Made by a program: the position numbers and the translations under genes
The notes under the pieces: generated by a model
What the model saw: the letters and a program-made list of their open reading frames with translations, nothing else
Told to the model about the DNA's origin: nothing
Database searches by the model: none
Assembly (NCBI GenBank): GCA_016936355.1
Contig: JAFGYB010000006.1
Span: forward strand, 16,019 to 80,018
Direction of reading: 5' to 3'
DNA: 64,000 nucleotides
DNA from: Bacteroidales bacterium
Lineage (GTDB): Bacteria > Bacteroidota > Bacteroidia > Bacteroidales > F082
Shown here: positions 44,992-54,139 of the stretch, piece after piece
Layout of the letters: every line of letters starts with the position of its first letter
Numbering within the stretch: position 1 is the stretch's first letter

Positions 44992-46710
44992 ATGCATAAA
45001 ATTCTTATAGTAGATGACAAAGAAGAGAACATCTATCTCCTTCAATCGATCCTGGAACTAAACAACTACCAAACTATCAGCGCCAGAAACGGCAAAGAGG
45101 CACTGGAGCAGATGAAAGACGAAGTTCCTGACCTTATTATTTCCGATATCCTCATGCCGATTATGGATGGATTTACACTGTGTGTAAAATGCAAAACCGA
45201 CCCAAGGCTCAGCAAGGTACCGTTCTTTTTTTACACTGCAACCTACACGGATTCACGCGATGAAGAATATGCGCTTGGGCTGGGTGCCGACCGCTTCATA
45301 CTCAAGCCCCAGGAACCCGAAGATTTTCTCAGGATTATTGATGATTTTGATGCAGAAAATGCACGAACATTATCCCCCGGCAAAATACACGATGACTCTG
45401 AAACGACTGTTCTGAAAGAATACAACGAAGTACTGATCCGAAAGATTGAAGATAAAATGCTGCAGACTGAAAAAGCAGAAAAGGAATTAAGACTCTATGC
45501 CCAACAACTGGAGAATGAAATTAAGGAGCGAAAAAAACAGGATGCAAAGTTGAAAGCAGCCCTGGAAAAAGCACAGGAATCTGATCGGTTAAAATCGTCG
45601 TTTCTGGCCAACTTAAGTCATGAGATCAGAACTCCCATGAACGGCATTATGGGATTCATCGAGCTACTGGATGAGCCGTTTATCGACTCAGAAACCCAAC
45701 ACATCTACATGACCATGATCAAGAAGAGCGCAGACCGGATGCTGAACACCATTACGAATATTGTCAACATCTCAAAAATCGATTCCGGTCAGATGGAACT
45801 GCACTTAACGGATATAAACCTGAATGAGGAAATGGATTTTCTTTTCAACTTGTTTGATGCACAAGCAAGACAGGAAGGGATTCTTCTATCCCATAATAAT
45901 GGATTACCAGATGAACAATCCATGATCCAAACCGATCACGAAAAATTCATCGGCATCATGAGTAACCTCATTAACAATGCCATTAAATTTACTAATGAGG
46001 GAACCATCGATTTTGGATATACTCAAAAGGGTGATGTGCTCGAGTTTTACGTTCAAGATACCGGCATTGGCATCCGGGAGGACAAAAAGGAAGTCATCTT
46101 TGAACGCTTCAGGCAGGGAGACGATTCCCTGACACGTCCTTATGAAGGATCAGGCCTAGGACTGTCCATCTCAAAAAATTATGTTGAAATTATGGGGGGC
46201 ACACTGGGATTTGAAAGCACACACAATAATCCGGAAGGTAAAAACGGTACCCGGTTTTATTTTCAATTGCCCTTTTATCCTGCGGGACGAACAAACGAAG
46301 TACATCACCAGCCGGCTGATCCATTGAAACCGAACAAAAAAAACAAGAAATTAAAAACTCTCATTGTGGAAGACGATGTTATTTCAGGGAAACTGTTAGA
46401 AATCAGATTAAGCCCTATCGCCTCTGACATCTTACAAGCAAAGAACGGAAAAGAGGCCATCAGTACCTGTAAAAACCACTCGGATATCGATCTGGTTTTC
46501 ATGGACATCAAGCTTCCGGACATGACAGGATATGAAGTAACCCGTCAGATAAGAAAATTTAATAAGAACCTACTGATCGTGGCACAAACTGCCTTTGCCC
46601 TGGAAGGTGACCGCGACAAAGCGTTGGAAGCCGGGTGCAATGATTATATTACCAAGCCCATAGAACCCGATAAATTTAATCTGATTCTGAAAAAATATGA
46701 TCTGATTTAA
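44992..46710 (+). CDS. Cytoplasmic hybrid histidine kinase (REC-HisKA-HATPase-REC)
   Basis: The N-terminal REC has DLIISDILMPIMDG. It has the H-box SFLANLSHEIRTPMNGI, the N-box NLINNAIKFT, G boxes DTGIGI and GSGLGLSISK, and a C-terminal REC (DLVFMDIKLPDMTG). No TM segment is present. Confidence 0.85.
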   Translation: MHKILIVDDKEENIYLLQSILELNNYQTISARNGKEALEQMKDEVPDLIISDILMPIMDGFTLCVKCKTDPRLSKVPFFFYTATYTDSRDEEYALGLGADRFILKPQEPEDFLRIIDDFDAENARTLSPGKIHDDSETTVLKEYNEVLIRKIEDKMLQTEKAEKELRLYAQQLENEIKERKKQDAKLKAALEKAQESDRLKSSFLANLSHEIRTPMNGIMGFIELLDEPFIDSETQHIYMTMIKKSADRMLNTITNIVNISKIDSGQMELHLTDINLNEEMDFLFNLFDAQARQEGILLSHNNGLPDEQSMIQTDHEKFIGIMSNLINNAIKFTNEGTIDFGYTQKGDVLEFYVQDTGIGIREDKKEVIFERFRQGDDSLTRPYEGSGLGLSISKNYVEIMGGTLGFESTHNNPEGKNGTRFYFQLPFYPAGRTNEVHHQPADPLKPNKKNKKLKTLIVEDDVISGKLLEIRLSPIASDILQAKNGKEAISTCKNHSDIDLVFMDIKLPDMTGYEVTRQIRKFNKNLLIVAQTAFALEGDRDKALEAGCNDYITKPIEPDKFNLILKKYDLI

Positions 46711-46772
46711 AACAAGGCCACAAAAAAGGGACAACGTTCGCTTGTGCCTTAAGTTTCTAAATCCTGAATAAA

Positions 46773-47171
46773 TTATCCGATTTTCTTACCTGCATTGGGG
46801 CCGGGTTTCAGGGCATCAATCTCAGTGATTTTAATTACCACCACTGCCTTAGGCCTGGGCATACCCAATTGTTGCGACAGGGCTGCTGCTTTTTCATACA
46901 ACTCGCCTTCTTCCATCAGCACGGGATCACCATTAAAGCGAAAACCATCAGGAATCTCACGGTTCACTACAGAAACCGATACTTTGGACCCTCTTTTTAT
47001 GTTCTCATAAGTGGCGCCACCGGTTCCCTCGGTAAAAATCAGGGAATCATCGGACAATACCCTGGTGGATCTTTTGGGTGCAACATTGGGTGTACCGTCT
47101 TCATTTACAGTCCCGATAAAACACTGCTGTGTAGCCACCAAATCTTTCATTTCTTGTGTCAGAATACTCAT
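46773..47171 (-). CDS. Pyridoxamine 5'-phosphate oxidase-like FMN-binding split-barrel protein
   Basis: It is ~132 aa. The pattern FIGTVNEDGTPNVAPK...SLIFTEGTGG..YENIKRGSKVSVSVV is typical of the PNPOx-like family. Confidence 0.6.
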   Translation of the reverse strand: MSILTQEMKDLVATQQCFIGTVNEDGTPNVAPKRSTRVLSDDSLIFTEGTGGATYENIKRGSKVSVSVVNREIPDGFRFNGDPVLMEEGELYEKAAALSQQLGMPRPKAVVVIKITEIDALKPGPNAGKKIG

Positions 47172-47291
47172 TGATATGATTTTTTAAGGTTAACTTCTCC
47201 TTTTCAGGAAATTTCTGACACCGAAAATACAAAAACGACAAAGTTGAAGGATCAATTTAACTTAATTCTTGTTAACCCTTTTCAAAATATT

Positions 47292-48374
47292 CTATTCCGG
47301 AACCTTGTACACAATGGAGTTGATGTTCAAACCGGCGCCTACTGAAGCTAAAACAATGATGTTACCCGGCTTGATTTCCTGACCTTTCATTTCATTTTTC
47401 AGAATCAGGTCCAGCAAAGTGGGTACAGTAGCCACCGAGCTGTTGCCGAGCCATGAAATGGTCATCGGTACCTTATCTTTGGGATAACTCCTGTGGCCAT
47501 AGAGTCTGAACAATCGTTGAATAATGGCTTCATCCATTTTTTCATTGGCCTGATGAATCAGGATTTTATCTACATTTTCGATGGATAAGCCCGCCTTGTC
47601 AATACTTTCTTTCACCAAACCCGGTACATTAGTCAAGGCATAATTATATAATTTGCGGCCATACATTTTCAGATACACTTCATTCCCTGTGTATTTCGGG
47701 TTATACGAACTGTCCATCCACAGTTCAAAAGCATGCTCCAGAGTATCGGAACGGGTAGCATGGGCCAGAATTCCGTCTTCCTGATCCGACTCAACAGCTT
47801 CAAGTATCGTTGCCCCGGCTCCGTCGGCATAGATCATACTGTCTCGATCGTGGGGATCAAAAATGCGCGAAAGTGTATCACCGCCGATGATTAATGCCCT
47901 TTTCGCATCGCCTGAATTCAAAAAATAATGAGAGTGGATCATCCCCTGAACCCATCCCGGACAACCAAAGGGTAAATCGTAGGCAATGGTTTTGGGGTTG
48001 ATAATACCCAGTTTATGTTTCACACGGGAAGCCAGAGCTGGTACCAGGTCAGTATGTTTGTTGTGGGCCGGTACATCTCCGAAATTATGAGCATAAATGA
48101 TATAATCCAGGCTTTCGGGGTCTATTCCCGATGATTCCAGCGCATCTTTTGCCGCCAAATATCCTAAATCGGAAGCTACCTGATTATCCGTTGCCCAGCG
48201 ACGTTCTTTGATACCGGTAATTTTGACAAACTTTTCAATAATTTCTTCCTGATCTGTGGTAAACCGTTGACCCGACTCATCGTAAAATTTGGCATTCATA
48301 AAGTGGCTGTTGGGAATGATCTGTTCGGGAATATATTTCCCGGTTCCCACAATAACGGTCCTCCGCTGCTTCAT
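47292..48374 (-). CDS. 3-oxoacyl-ACP synthase III (FabH-like) family protein
   Basis: It has the active-site Cys context LPFGCPGW, a HQAN His region and GNSSVATVP (Asn region). I chose the start at MKQRRTVIVGTGKYIP. Confidence 0.75.
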   Translation of the reverse strand: MKQRRTVIVGTGKYIPEQIIPNSHFMNAKFYDESGQRFTTDQEEIIEKFVKITGIKERRWATDNQVASDLGYLAAKDALESSGIDPESLDYIIYAHNFGDVPAHNKHTDLVPALASRVKHKLGIINPKTIAYDLPFGCPGWVQGMIHSHYFLNSGDAKRALIIGGDTLSRIFDPHDRDSMIYADGAGATILEAVESDQEDGILAHATRSDTLEHAFELWMDSSYNPKYTGNEVYLKMYGRKLYNYALTNVPGLVKESIDKAGLSIENVDKILIHQANEKMDEAIIQRLFRLYGHRSYPKDKVPMTISWLGNSSVATVPTLLDLILKNEMKGQEIKPGNIIVLASVGAGLNINSIVYKVPE

Positions 48375-48520
48375 AACAGTGCTATTTAATTTTAAAGGGA
48401 ACAAATAACGAAAGAAAAAACCACAAATAAAAAGAGTTTTCCCAAAAGTTTTGGAACCAACCAGGAAATAAATTGCTAATCAGTTATTTACATAACCTTC
48501 TCAAAGCTGCCCATTCAACA

Positions 48521-49492
48521 TCATTCAAAAAGAGCATCAACAGCCAGCGTAAACAATTGTTGTTTGCTGAGCCCATAGGCAGCTGCCTGCTGCGGAATAA
48601 TACTGGCTTCGGTCATCCCTGGAACAGTGTTTACTTCCAGAAAATAGGTCTCATCAGGGGTTACTATGTAATCGAACCGGACAAAACCTTTACAATCGAG
48701 TTTATGATACAAAAAAGAACTCAGGGTCTTGATTTGCGTATCCAACTCAGCGGAAACATCCGCCGGTGTAATTTCATCGGAGGCACCATGGTATTTGGCC
48801 TCGTAATCGAAAAACTCATTATGGGCAACAATCTCAGTCAAAGGGAATACCATCATTTCCTTTCCTTTACAAAACACACCACAGGTGAGTTCTCGTCCCT
48901 GCAGTGCTTCTTCGATCAGAATTCGGTCGTCCTCCAGAAAGGCTTTTTCAACGGCAGCTTCAAAATCTTCTTCAGTTTTTACTTTGGAAACCCCCACGCT
49001 GGAACCACTGCGTGCCGGTTTGATAAACAAAGGCATGCCCAGCGTATCGATTACAGCCTCCCGGTTGATTTCATCCGATCGCTTAAAAGACAATCCACCC
49101 GGTGTGAGTACATCGAGCGAACGAATAAAATGATTGCAGTAGTACTTATTAAATGTCAGCGATGAAGTATCCACTCCACAAGATGTGTAGGGAATCGCAT
49201 GCATGTCCAGGTATCCCTGCAGCTTTCCATCCTCTCCCGGAGTTCCGTGTACTGCGTTGAAAACCCCGTCAAATAGCACTTTCCCTTCCGGTAAATTCAA
49301 ACTGAAGTCAGACTGATCCACCGCATAGCGGGCACCATTGGCTGCCGTATAGGTCCAGTTACTTCCTCTGATTTCAATTAAATAGGAGTTGTATTTTTTT
49401 TTATCCAGGAATTTTTTCACGGCCTGGCCGCTGCCCATGGACACTTCATATTCCCCTGAATTTCCACCACATACTATGGCAATGTTTTTCAT
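48521..49492 (-). CDS. ddl: D-alanine--D-alanine ligase
   Basis: It has the N-terminal IAIVCGGNSGEYEVS, HGTPGEDGKLQGYL and an ATP-grasp region (LFIKPARSGSSVGVSKV, YFLEVNTVPGMT). Confidence 0.9.
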   Translation of the reverse strand: MKNIAIVCGGNSGEYEVSMGSGQAVKKFLDKKKYNSYLIEIRGSNWTYTAANGARYAVDQSDFSLNLPEGKVLFDGVFNAVHGTPGEDGKLQGYLDMHAIPYTSCGVDTSSLTFNKYYCNHFIRSLDVLTPGGLSFKRSDEINREAVIDTLGMPLFIKPARSGSSVGVSKVKTEEDFEAAVEKAFLEDDRILIEEALQGRELTCGVFCKGKEMMVFPLTEIVAHNEFFDYEAKYHGASDEITPADVSAELDTQIKTLSSFLYHKLDCKGFVRFDYIVTPDETYFLEVNTVPGMTEASIIPQQAAAYGLSKQQLFTLAVDALFE

Positions 49493-49654
49493 AGCTTAAT
49501 GCAATAATTTTTACCTTTGCGCAAGTCTGATTTCAGCATTTCTGAATCCAAAGCATTTATGGATTGCTTCAGCAGAACAGAAAAAAAATGCTATCATCAG
49601 AACAAAATTAAGACATTAAACGTTAATTATACCGAACGACAGAACTTTTCAACG

Positions 49655-50536
49655 ATGGGATTCTTTTATTTTTTGGGACAAAAAAAGTTTTACCTGCATC
49701 TTTTGATTGCCATTTTACTCACTCTGCTCCTTCTTTGGGGTGCATTGCAGTCGCTGGCCTGGTATACACGACACGGTCAGGTGTATCTGGTTCCTGATTT
49801 TAAAGGACAAACCATGCAACAGCTCCAGGCAAAAAATTACGGTGCCTATTTTGATTTGCAGATTATCGACTCGGTATACAGCAAAAAATACGAACCGGGA
49901 GCCATTGTCATGCAAAATCCGCTGCCCGATTCCAAAGTAAAAAAAGGCAGAAACGTATACCTGACCATTGTGGCCAAGATGCCTGAAATGGTGAAAATGC
50001 CCGACCTACGGAATTTATCTCTGCGACAGGCACTGGTGCTGCTGGAAGAAAACGGTTTGCCGGTGCAAAAGCTAAATTACATCGATTATTTCGCCAAGAA
50101 TGCAGTGGTGGAACAATTGCTGAGCACTGATGAACAACCGGTGGAACCCGGCACCGATCTTCCCAAAGGAACCGAAATCACCCTGGTGGTTGGCAAGGGG
50201 AACAATCCCACCCAGATTCCCATTCCGTTTATTATCGGAGACAAAATGAAGGAAGCCCATGAGGCGTTGCATTATGCTTCACTGAATGTTGGCAATGAAT
50301 ATTTTCTGGATGGAAACGATACAGCGCATGCCCGCGTGTTCAAAATTGAACCGGCTCAAATGTCGCATTCACTCATGAATCCGGGTGATTCCATCAATAT
50401 ATGGTACCGATCGGATGAAAACTTTGATTTCAAAGGTTATATTCAACAGCTCAACGATACTACGGCCGCTGATTCAGTACAGATTGATACCAGTCTGTTC
50501 AAAAAAGCCATGCCGAAAAACGACAGCCTCTATTAA
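49655..50536 (+). CDS. PASTA domain-containing membrane-anchored protein (three PASTA repeats)
   Basis: The start is at MGFFYFLGQKKFY. There is one TM (LHLLIAILLTLLLLWGAL) and then three ~65-aa units starting VPDFKGQT, MPDLRNLS and IPFIIGDK. Confidence 0.7.
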   Translation: MGFFYFLGQKKFYLHLLIAILLTLLLLWGALQSLAWYTRHGQVYLVPDFKGQTMQQLQAKNYGAYFDLQIIDSVYSKKYEPGAIVMQNPLPDSKVKKGRNVYLTIVAKMPEMVKMPDLRNLSLRQALVLLEENGLPVQKLNYIDYFAKNAVVEQLLSTDEQPVEPGTDLPKGTEITLVVGKGNNPTQIPIPFIIGDKMKEAHEALHYASLNVGNEYFLDGNDTAHARVFKIEPAQMSHSLMNPGDSINIWYRSDENFDFKGYIQQLNDTTAADSVQIDTSLFKKAMPKNDSLY

Positions 50537-50559
50537 TTATTCACCTGATACTACCGGAA

Positions 50560-51600
50560 ATGGACTTTGATAAAGATTTGGAACGGGAAGAGGAACTCTA
50601 TGAACACCACCGCATTGTGGTGGACCCCGGGCAGCATCCCGAACGAATCGACAAATTCCTGTTCAACCGCATCATCAATGTTTCACGAAACAAAATCCAG
50701 CAGGCAGCCAAAGCCGGAAGTATTCTGGTCAACCAGGAAGCCGTAAAGTCCAACTACAAGGTTAAACCTGAGGACATTATTACGGTGGTACTCACCCATC
50801 CGCCCCGTATCACAGACATCCTGCCCGAAGACATTCCTGTTGAAGTTGTTTACGAGGACAACGATGTGATTATAATCAACAAACCGGCGGGAATGGTTGT
50901 GCATCCGGCATATGCCAATTTTGACGGAACGTTACTCAATGCACTGTCCGGATATTTCAAAAAGAATAACCGTACGGAAGTAGAAAACGGATTTGGTTAT
51001 TTGGTACACCGTATCGACAAAGATACCAGCGGTCTATTATTGGTGGCCAAAAATGAACTGGCTCAGACGGTATTGGCCAAACAGTTTTTTGATCATTCTG
51101 TGGAACGAATCTATTACGCACTGGTTTGGGGTGATCTGGAGGAAGAGGAAGGCACTATTGAAGGTCACATTGGCCGCCATCCCAAAGACCGGAGAGAAAT
51201 GACTGTTTTTGAAGACGGATCCACAGGAAAACAGGCCATCACCCATTATAAAGTGTTGGAGCGTTTCGGCTATGTTACCCTGGTATCGTGTCAGCTTGAA
51301 ACCGGACGAACCCACCAGATCAGGGCACACTTCCGCTATTTGGGACATCCCTTGTTCAATGATGAAAAGTATGGGGGCAGTGAAATACTGAAAGGAACCA
51401 CCTTCACAAAATACAAACAATTTGTACAAAACTGCTTTAAGATGATCCCGCGCCAGGCATTGCATGCCAAAACCCTGGGATTTATCCATCCTGCCACAAA
51501 AAAGAAACTCAACTTTGACTCTTCCCTTCCGGAAGACCTCCAAAACGTGTTGGAAAAATGGAGAAACTATGCTCTACATAAAGGCATTGATGAAGCTTAG
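50560..51600 (+). CDS. rluD: RluA-family 23S rRNA pseudouridine synthase (RluD-like)
   Basis: It has an N-terminal S4-like segment (RIDKFLFNRI..SRNKIQ), the catalytic motif HRIDKDTSGLLLVAK and TGRTHQIRAH. Confidence 0.85.
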   Translation: MDFDKDLEREEELYEHHRIVVDPGQHPERIDKFLFNRIINVSRNKIQQAAKAGSILVNQEAVKSNYKVKPEDIITVVLTHPPRITDILPEDIPVEVVYEDNDVIIINKPAGMVVHPAYANFDGTLLNALSGYFKKNNRTEVENGFGYLVHRIDKDTSGLLLVAKNELAQTVLAKQFFDHSVERIYYALVWGDLEEEEGTIEGHIGRHPKDRREMTVFEDGSTGKQAITHYKVLERFGYVTLVSCQLETGRTHQIRAHFRYLGHPLFNDEKYGGSEILKGTTFTKYKQFVQNCFKMIPRQALHAKTLGFIHPATKKKLNFDSSLPEDLQNVLEKWRNYALHKGIDEA

Positions 51601-52304
51601 TTGCTTACCAGTGTCCCGATTTTTTCCCCGTGCACTACCTTCTGTAAATTCCCGGGTGTATTCATATCAAACACATAAATTGGCAGATCGTTTTCTTTAC
51701 AAAGTGTAAACGCGGTCATATCCATCACTTTCAGATTCTTTTCATAGGCTTCGTCAAAAGTGACCTGATCGAATTTGGTAGCCGTAGGAACTTTCTCAGG
51801 ATCGGCGGTATACACACCATCCACACGGGTACCTTTCAGGAGCACATCAGCATGGATTTCAACACCACGGAGTGCAGATGCCGTATCAGTAGTAAAGAAC
51901 GGATTACCTGTTCCCCCAGCAATGATTACCACATACCCTTCTTTTAAATAGCGAATGGCTTTGCGTCCACTCATACTTTCTGTCACAGGGTCTATATACA
52001 AGCCGGAGAGCAGTTTTACTCTCAACCCTTGCTTTTCCAGTTCCCCCTGCAAGGCCATGGAATTGATCACCGTTGCCATCATCCCCATGTAATCACCCTG
52101 AACACGGTCAAAACCTTCGGTAGCTCCTTGCAATCCGCGGAAAATATTGCCTCCTCCGATGACAATCGCGGTCTCTACTTTCTGGTTAACAATTTCAACG
52201 ATGTCTTTACAATAGGTCGACAGCGTTTCCGGATCGATACCGTAGGCATTTTTACCCATCAACGCTTCACCACTTAGTTTTAAAAGAATTCTCTTGTATT
52301 TCAT
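51597..52304 (-). CDS. pyrH: UMP kinase
   Basis: It has the ILLKLSGEAL, IVIGGGNIFRG and GTGNPFFTTDTA motifs. Confidence 0.92.
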   Translation of the reverse strand: MKYKRILLKLSGEALMGKNAYGIDPETLSTYCKDIVEIVNQKVETAIVIGGGNIFRGLQGATEGFDRVQGDYMGMMATVINSMALQGELEKQGLRVKLLSGLYIDPVTESMSGRKAIRYLKEGYVVIIAGGTGNPFFTTDTASALRGVEIHADVLLKGTRVDGVYTADPEKVPTATKFDQVTFDEAYEKNLKVMDMTAFTLCKENDLPIYVFDMNTPGNLQKVVHGEKIGTLVSN

Positions 52305-52471
52305 GTGTTTGATTTACTTTGTTTGATTTCCTTTCAGGACCAAAAGCAATGTTATCTTATAATTGCCCCTTTCTCAATCTATTAAATTTACAGAAAAGGA
52401 CCGTTTTGTTCCACACAAATATAAAGAATCCATTTCAATGGAGGACCGTCTTTTGAGAAAAGTGCCCCCAA

Positions 52472-52506
52472 GAAAAAGTCCCGGAATGCCATGGCATTCC
52501 GGGACT
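52472..52506 (-). terminator. Rho-independent terminator of the ilv operon
   Basis: There is a perfect 13-bp stem, agtcccggaatgc-catg-gcattccgggact. On the minus strand it is followed by TTTTT, 24 nt after the ilvC stop. Confidence 0.8.
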
Positions 52507-52529
52507 GCAAACAAAACTGGAATCTAGGT

Positions 52530-53576
52530 TTAATTATTTTCCGGGCGCAGTTCGCGGACAGCTGCACCTGCCTGCCACATTTCCGAATTCCTGATTTCTT
52601 CCAGTTCTGCCGTCAGTTTCTTCCGGTAATCAGATTGTCGGTTGGCTTCAATTACTATGCGGGTTTCGTTTCCACTGGAAACACTATCGTACAATTCATC
52701 AAATACGGGTGCCACCGCATCCCGGAACTTGTTTTTCCAGTCCAGAGCACCGCGTTGGGCTGTAGTAGATGTATTGGCATACATCCAGTCCATTCCGTTT
52801 TCGCCTACCAGAGGCAACAAACTCTGAGTAAGCTCTTCCACTGTTTCATTAAAAGCCTCTGAAGGGGAATGCCCTTTGGAACGCAGTTTATTGTATTGCG
52901 CTTCCATGATTCCGGCAATAGCGCCCATCAACACACCGCGTTCCCCAGTCAGGTCGCTGTAAACTTCTTTTTTGAAATCGGTTTCAAAAAGATAACCGGA
53001 TCCCACGCCAATACCCAATGCAATAACCCGTTCGAACGCTTTTCCGGTTGCATCCTGATAAATTGCATAACTCGAATTCAACCCTTTTCCTGCTACAAAA
53101 AGTCGACGCAGCGAAGTACCCGACCCTTTAGGTGCAACCAGGATCACATCCACATCTTCTGGCGGAACAATACCGGTCTGATCATTATAGGTAATCCCAA
53201 AACCATGGGAGAAATACAGAGCCTTCCCGGGGGTCAGGTGTTTTTTCACCACAGGCCACTGAGCAATCTGTCCGGCATCCGAAAGCAGGTACTGAATGAT
53301 GGTTGCCTTTTCACAGGCTTCTTCCACTTCAAAAAGATCTTTTCCGGGTTGCCAGCCGTCGTTAACAGCCTTATCCCAGGTAGGTGAATCTTTTCGCTGT
53401 CCCACAATTACCTGAAATCCGTTGTCTTTCAGATTCAGCGACTGTCCCGGTCCCTGAACTCCGTAACCGATGACTGCAATCACCTCATCTTTTAATACTT
53501 CTCTTGCTTTTTCCAAAGGAAACTCGGTGCGGGTTACCACATTTTCAACCACACCACCAAAATTAATTTTTGCCAT
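52530..53576 (-). CDS. ilvC: Ketol-acid reductoisomerase
   Basis: It has the Rossmann motif IGYGVQGPGQSLNLKDNG and a class I KARI-like length (348 aa). It is the last gene of the ilv cluster. Confidence 0.9.
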   Translation of the reverse strand: MAKINFGGVVENVVTRTEFPLEKAREVLKDEVIAVIGYGVQGPGQSLNLKDNGFQVIVGQRKDSPTWDKAVNDGWQPGKDLFEVEEACEKATIIQYLLSDAGQIAQWPVVKKHLTPGKALYFSHGFGITYNDQTGIVPPEDVDVILVAPKGSGTSLRRLFVAGKGLNSSYAIYQDATGKAFERVIALGIGVGSGYLFETDFKKEVYSDLTGERGVLMGAIAGIMEAQYNKLRSKGHSPSEAFNETVEELTQSLLPLVGENGMDWMYANTSTTAQRGALDWKNKFRDAVAPVFDELYDSVSSGNETRIVIEANRQSDYRKKLTAELEEIRNSEMWQAGAAVRELRPENN

Positions 53577-53597
53577 ATTCTTTGAATTAAATAATTT

Positions 53598-54131
53598 CTA
53601 TTCTGTTTTTTGTGCATCAATTTCTTCGAGGTACTGAACCAGTTCTTTCCGTTGCTTGGTTATTGCCACCCTGCCCGAGCGGGCAAACTGTAATACACCG
53701 AAAGGCCTTAATTTCTCCAGCAAATCACCGGTTTCTGCCTTGTGACCTGTTTTCTCAATGACCACATAAGCCGGAGTAATTTCCAGAAAACGGGCATTGT
53801 TGTTCCGGACAATATCTTCGATCGTATGACTTTGCATGAGTTCTCCGGTTTTTACTTTATACATGGCTATTTCCTGGTGTACCAACTCATCCGTTTCATG
53901 GACAAAAACTTTCAGTACATCCACCAGTTTTTCCATCTGATGAGAGGCCTTAATCACCATTTCTTTCGTCGTTACGACCACCAAGGTGATCAAATGGACA
54001 TTCCGCACTGCCGATTCGGAGGCGGTAATACTTTCGATGTTGATTTGCCTTCGCGTTAATATATTAGTCACATGGTTCAACAAACCGATGTGGTTTTCTG
54101 TAAACAAACTAATTGTGAATTCTTGCTCCAT
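53598..54131 (-). CDS. ilvN: Acetolactate synthase small (regulatory) subunit
   Basis: It has an ACT domain start (ISLFTENHIGLLNHVTNILTRRQINIESI). The ~177-aa length and its position after ilvB also fit. Confidence 0.85.
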   Translation of the reverse strand: MEQEFTISLFTENHIGLLNHVTNILTRRQINIESITASESAVRNVHLITLVVVTTKEMVIKASHQMEKLVDVLKVFVHETDELVHQEIAMYKVKTGELMQSHTIEDIVRNNNARFLEITPAYVVIEKTGHKAETGDLLEKLRPFGVLQFARSGRVAITKQRKELVQYLEEIDAQKTE

Positions 54132-54139
54132 TTCTTTTT

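Noticed and set aside
39861-46772. A tRNA-Asp-anchored genomic island carrying the TBDR/YfiR/kinase cluster.
   Set aside because: There is no integrase or excisionase. I could find no direct repeat of the tRNA 3' end (gttcgagtcccgtccggacc) downstream near 46.7-47.3 kb. Lower GC alone is insufficient.
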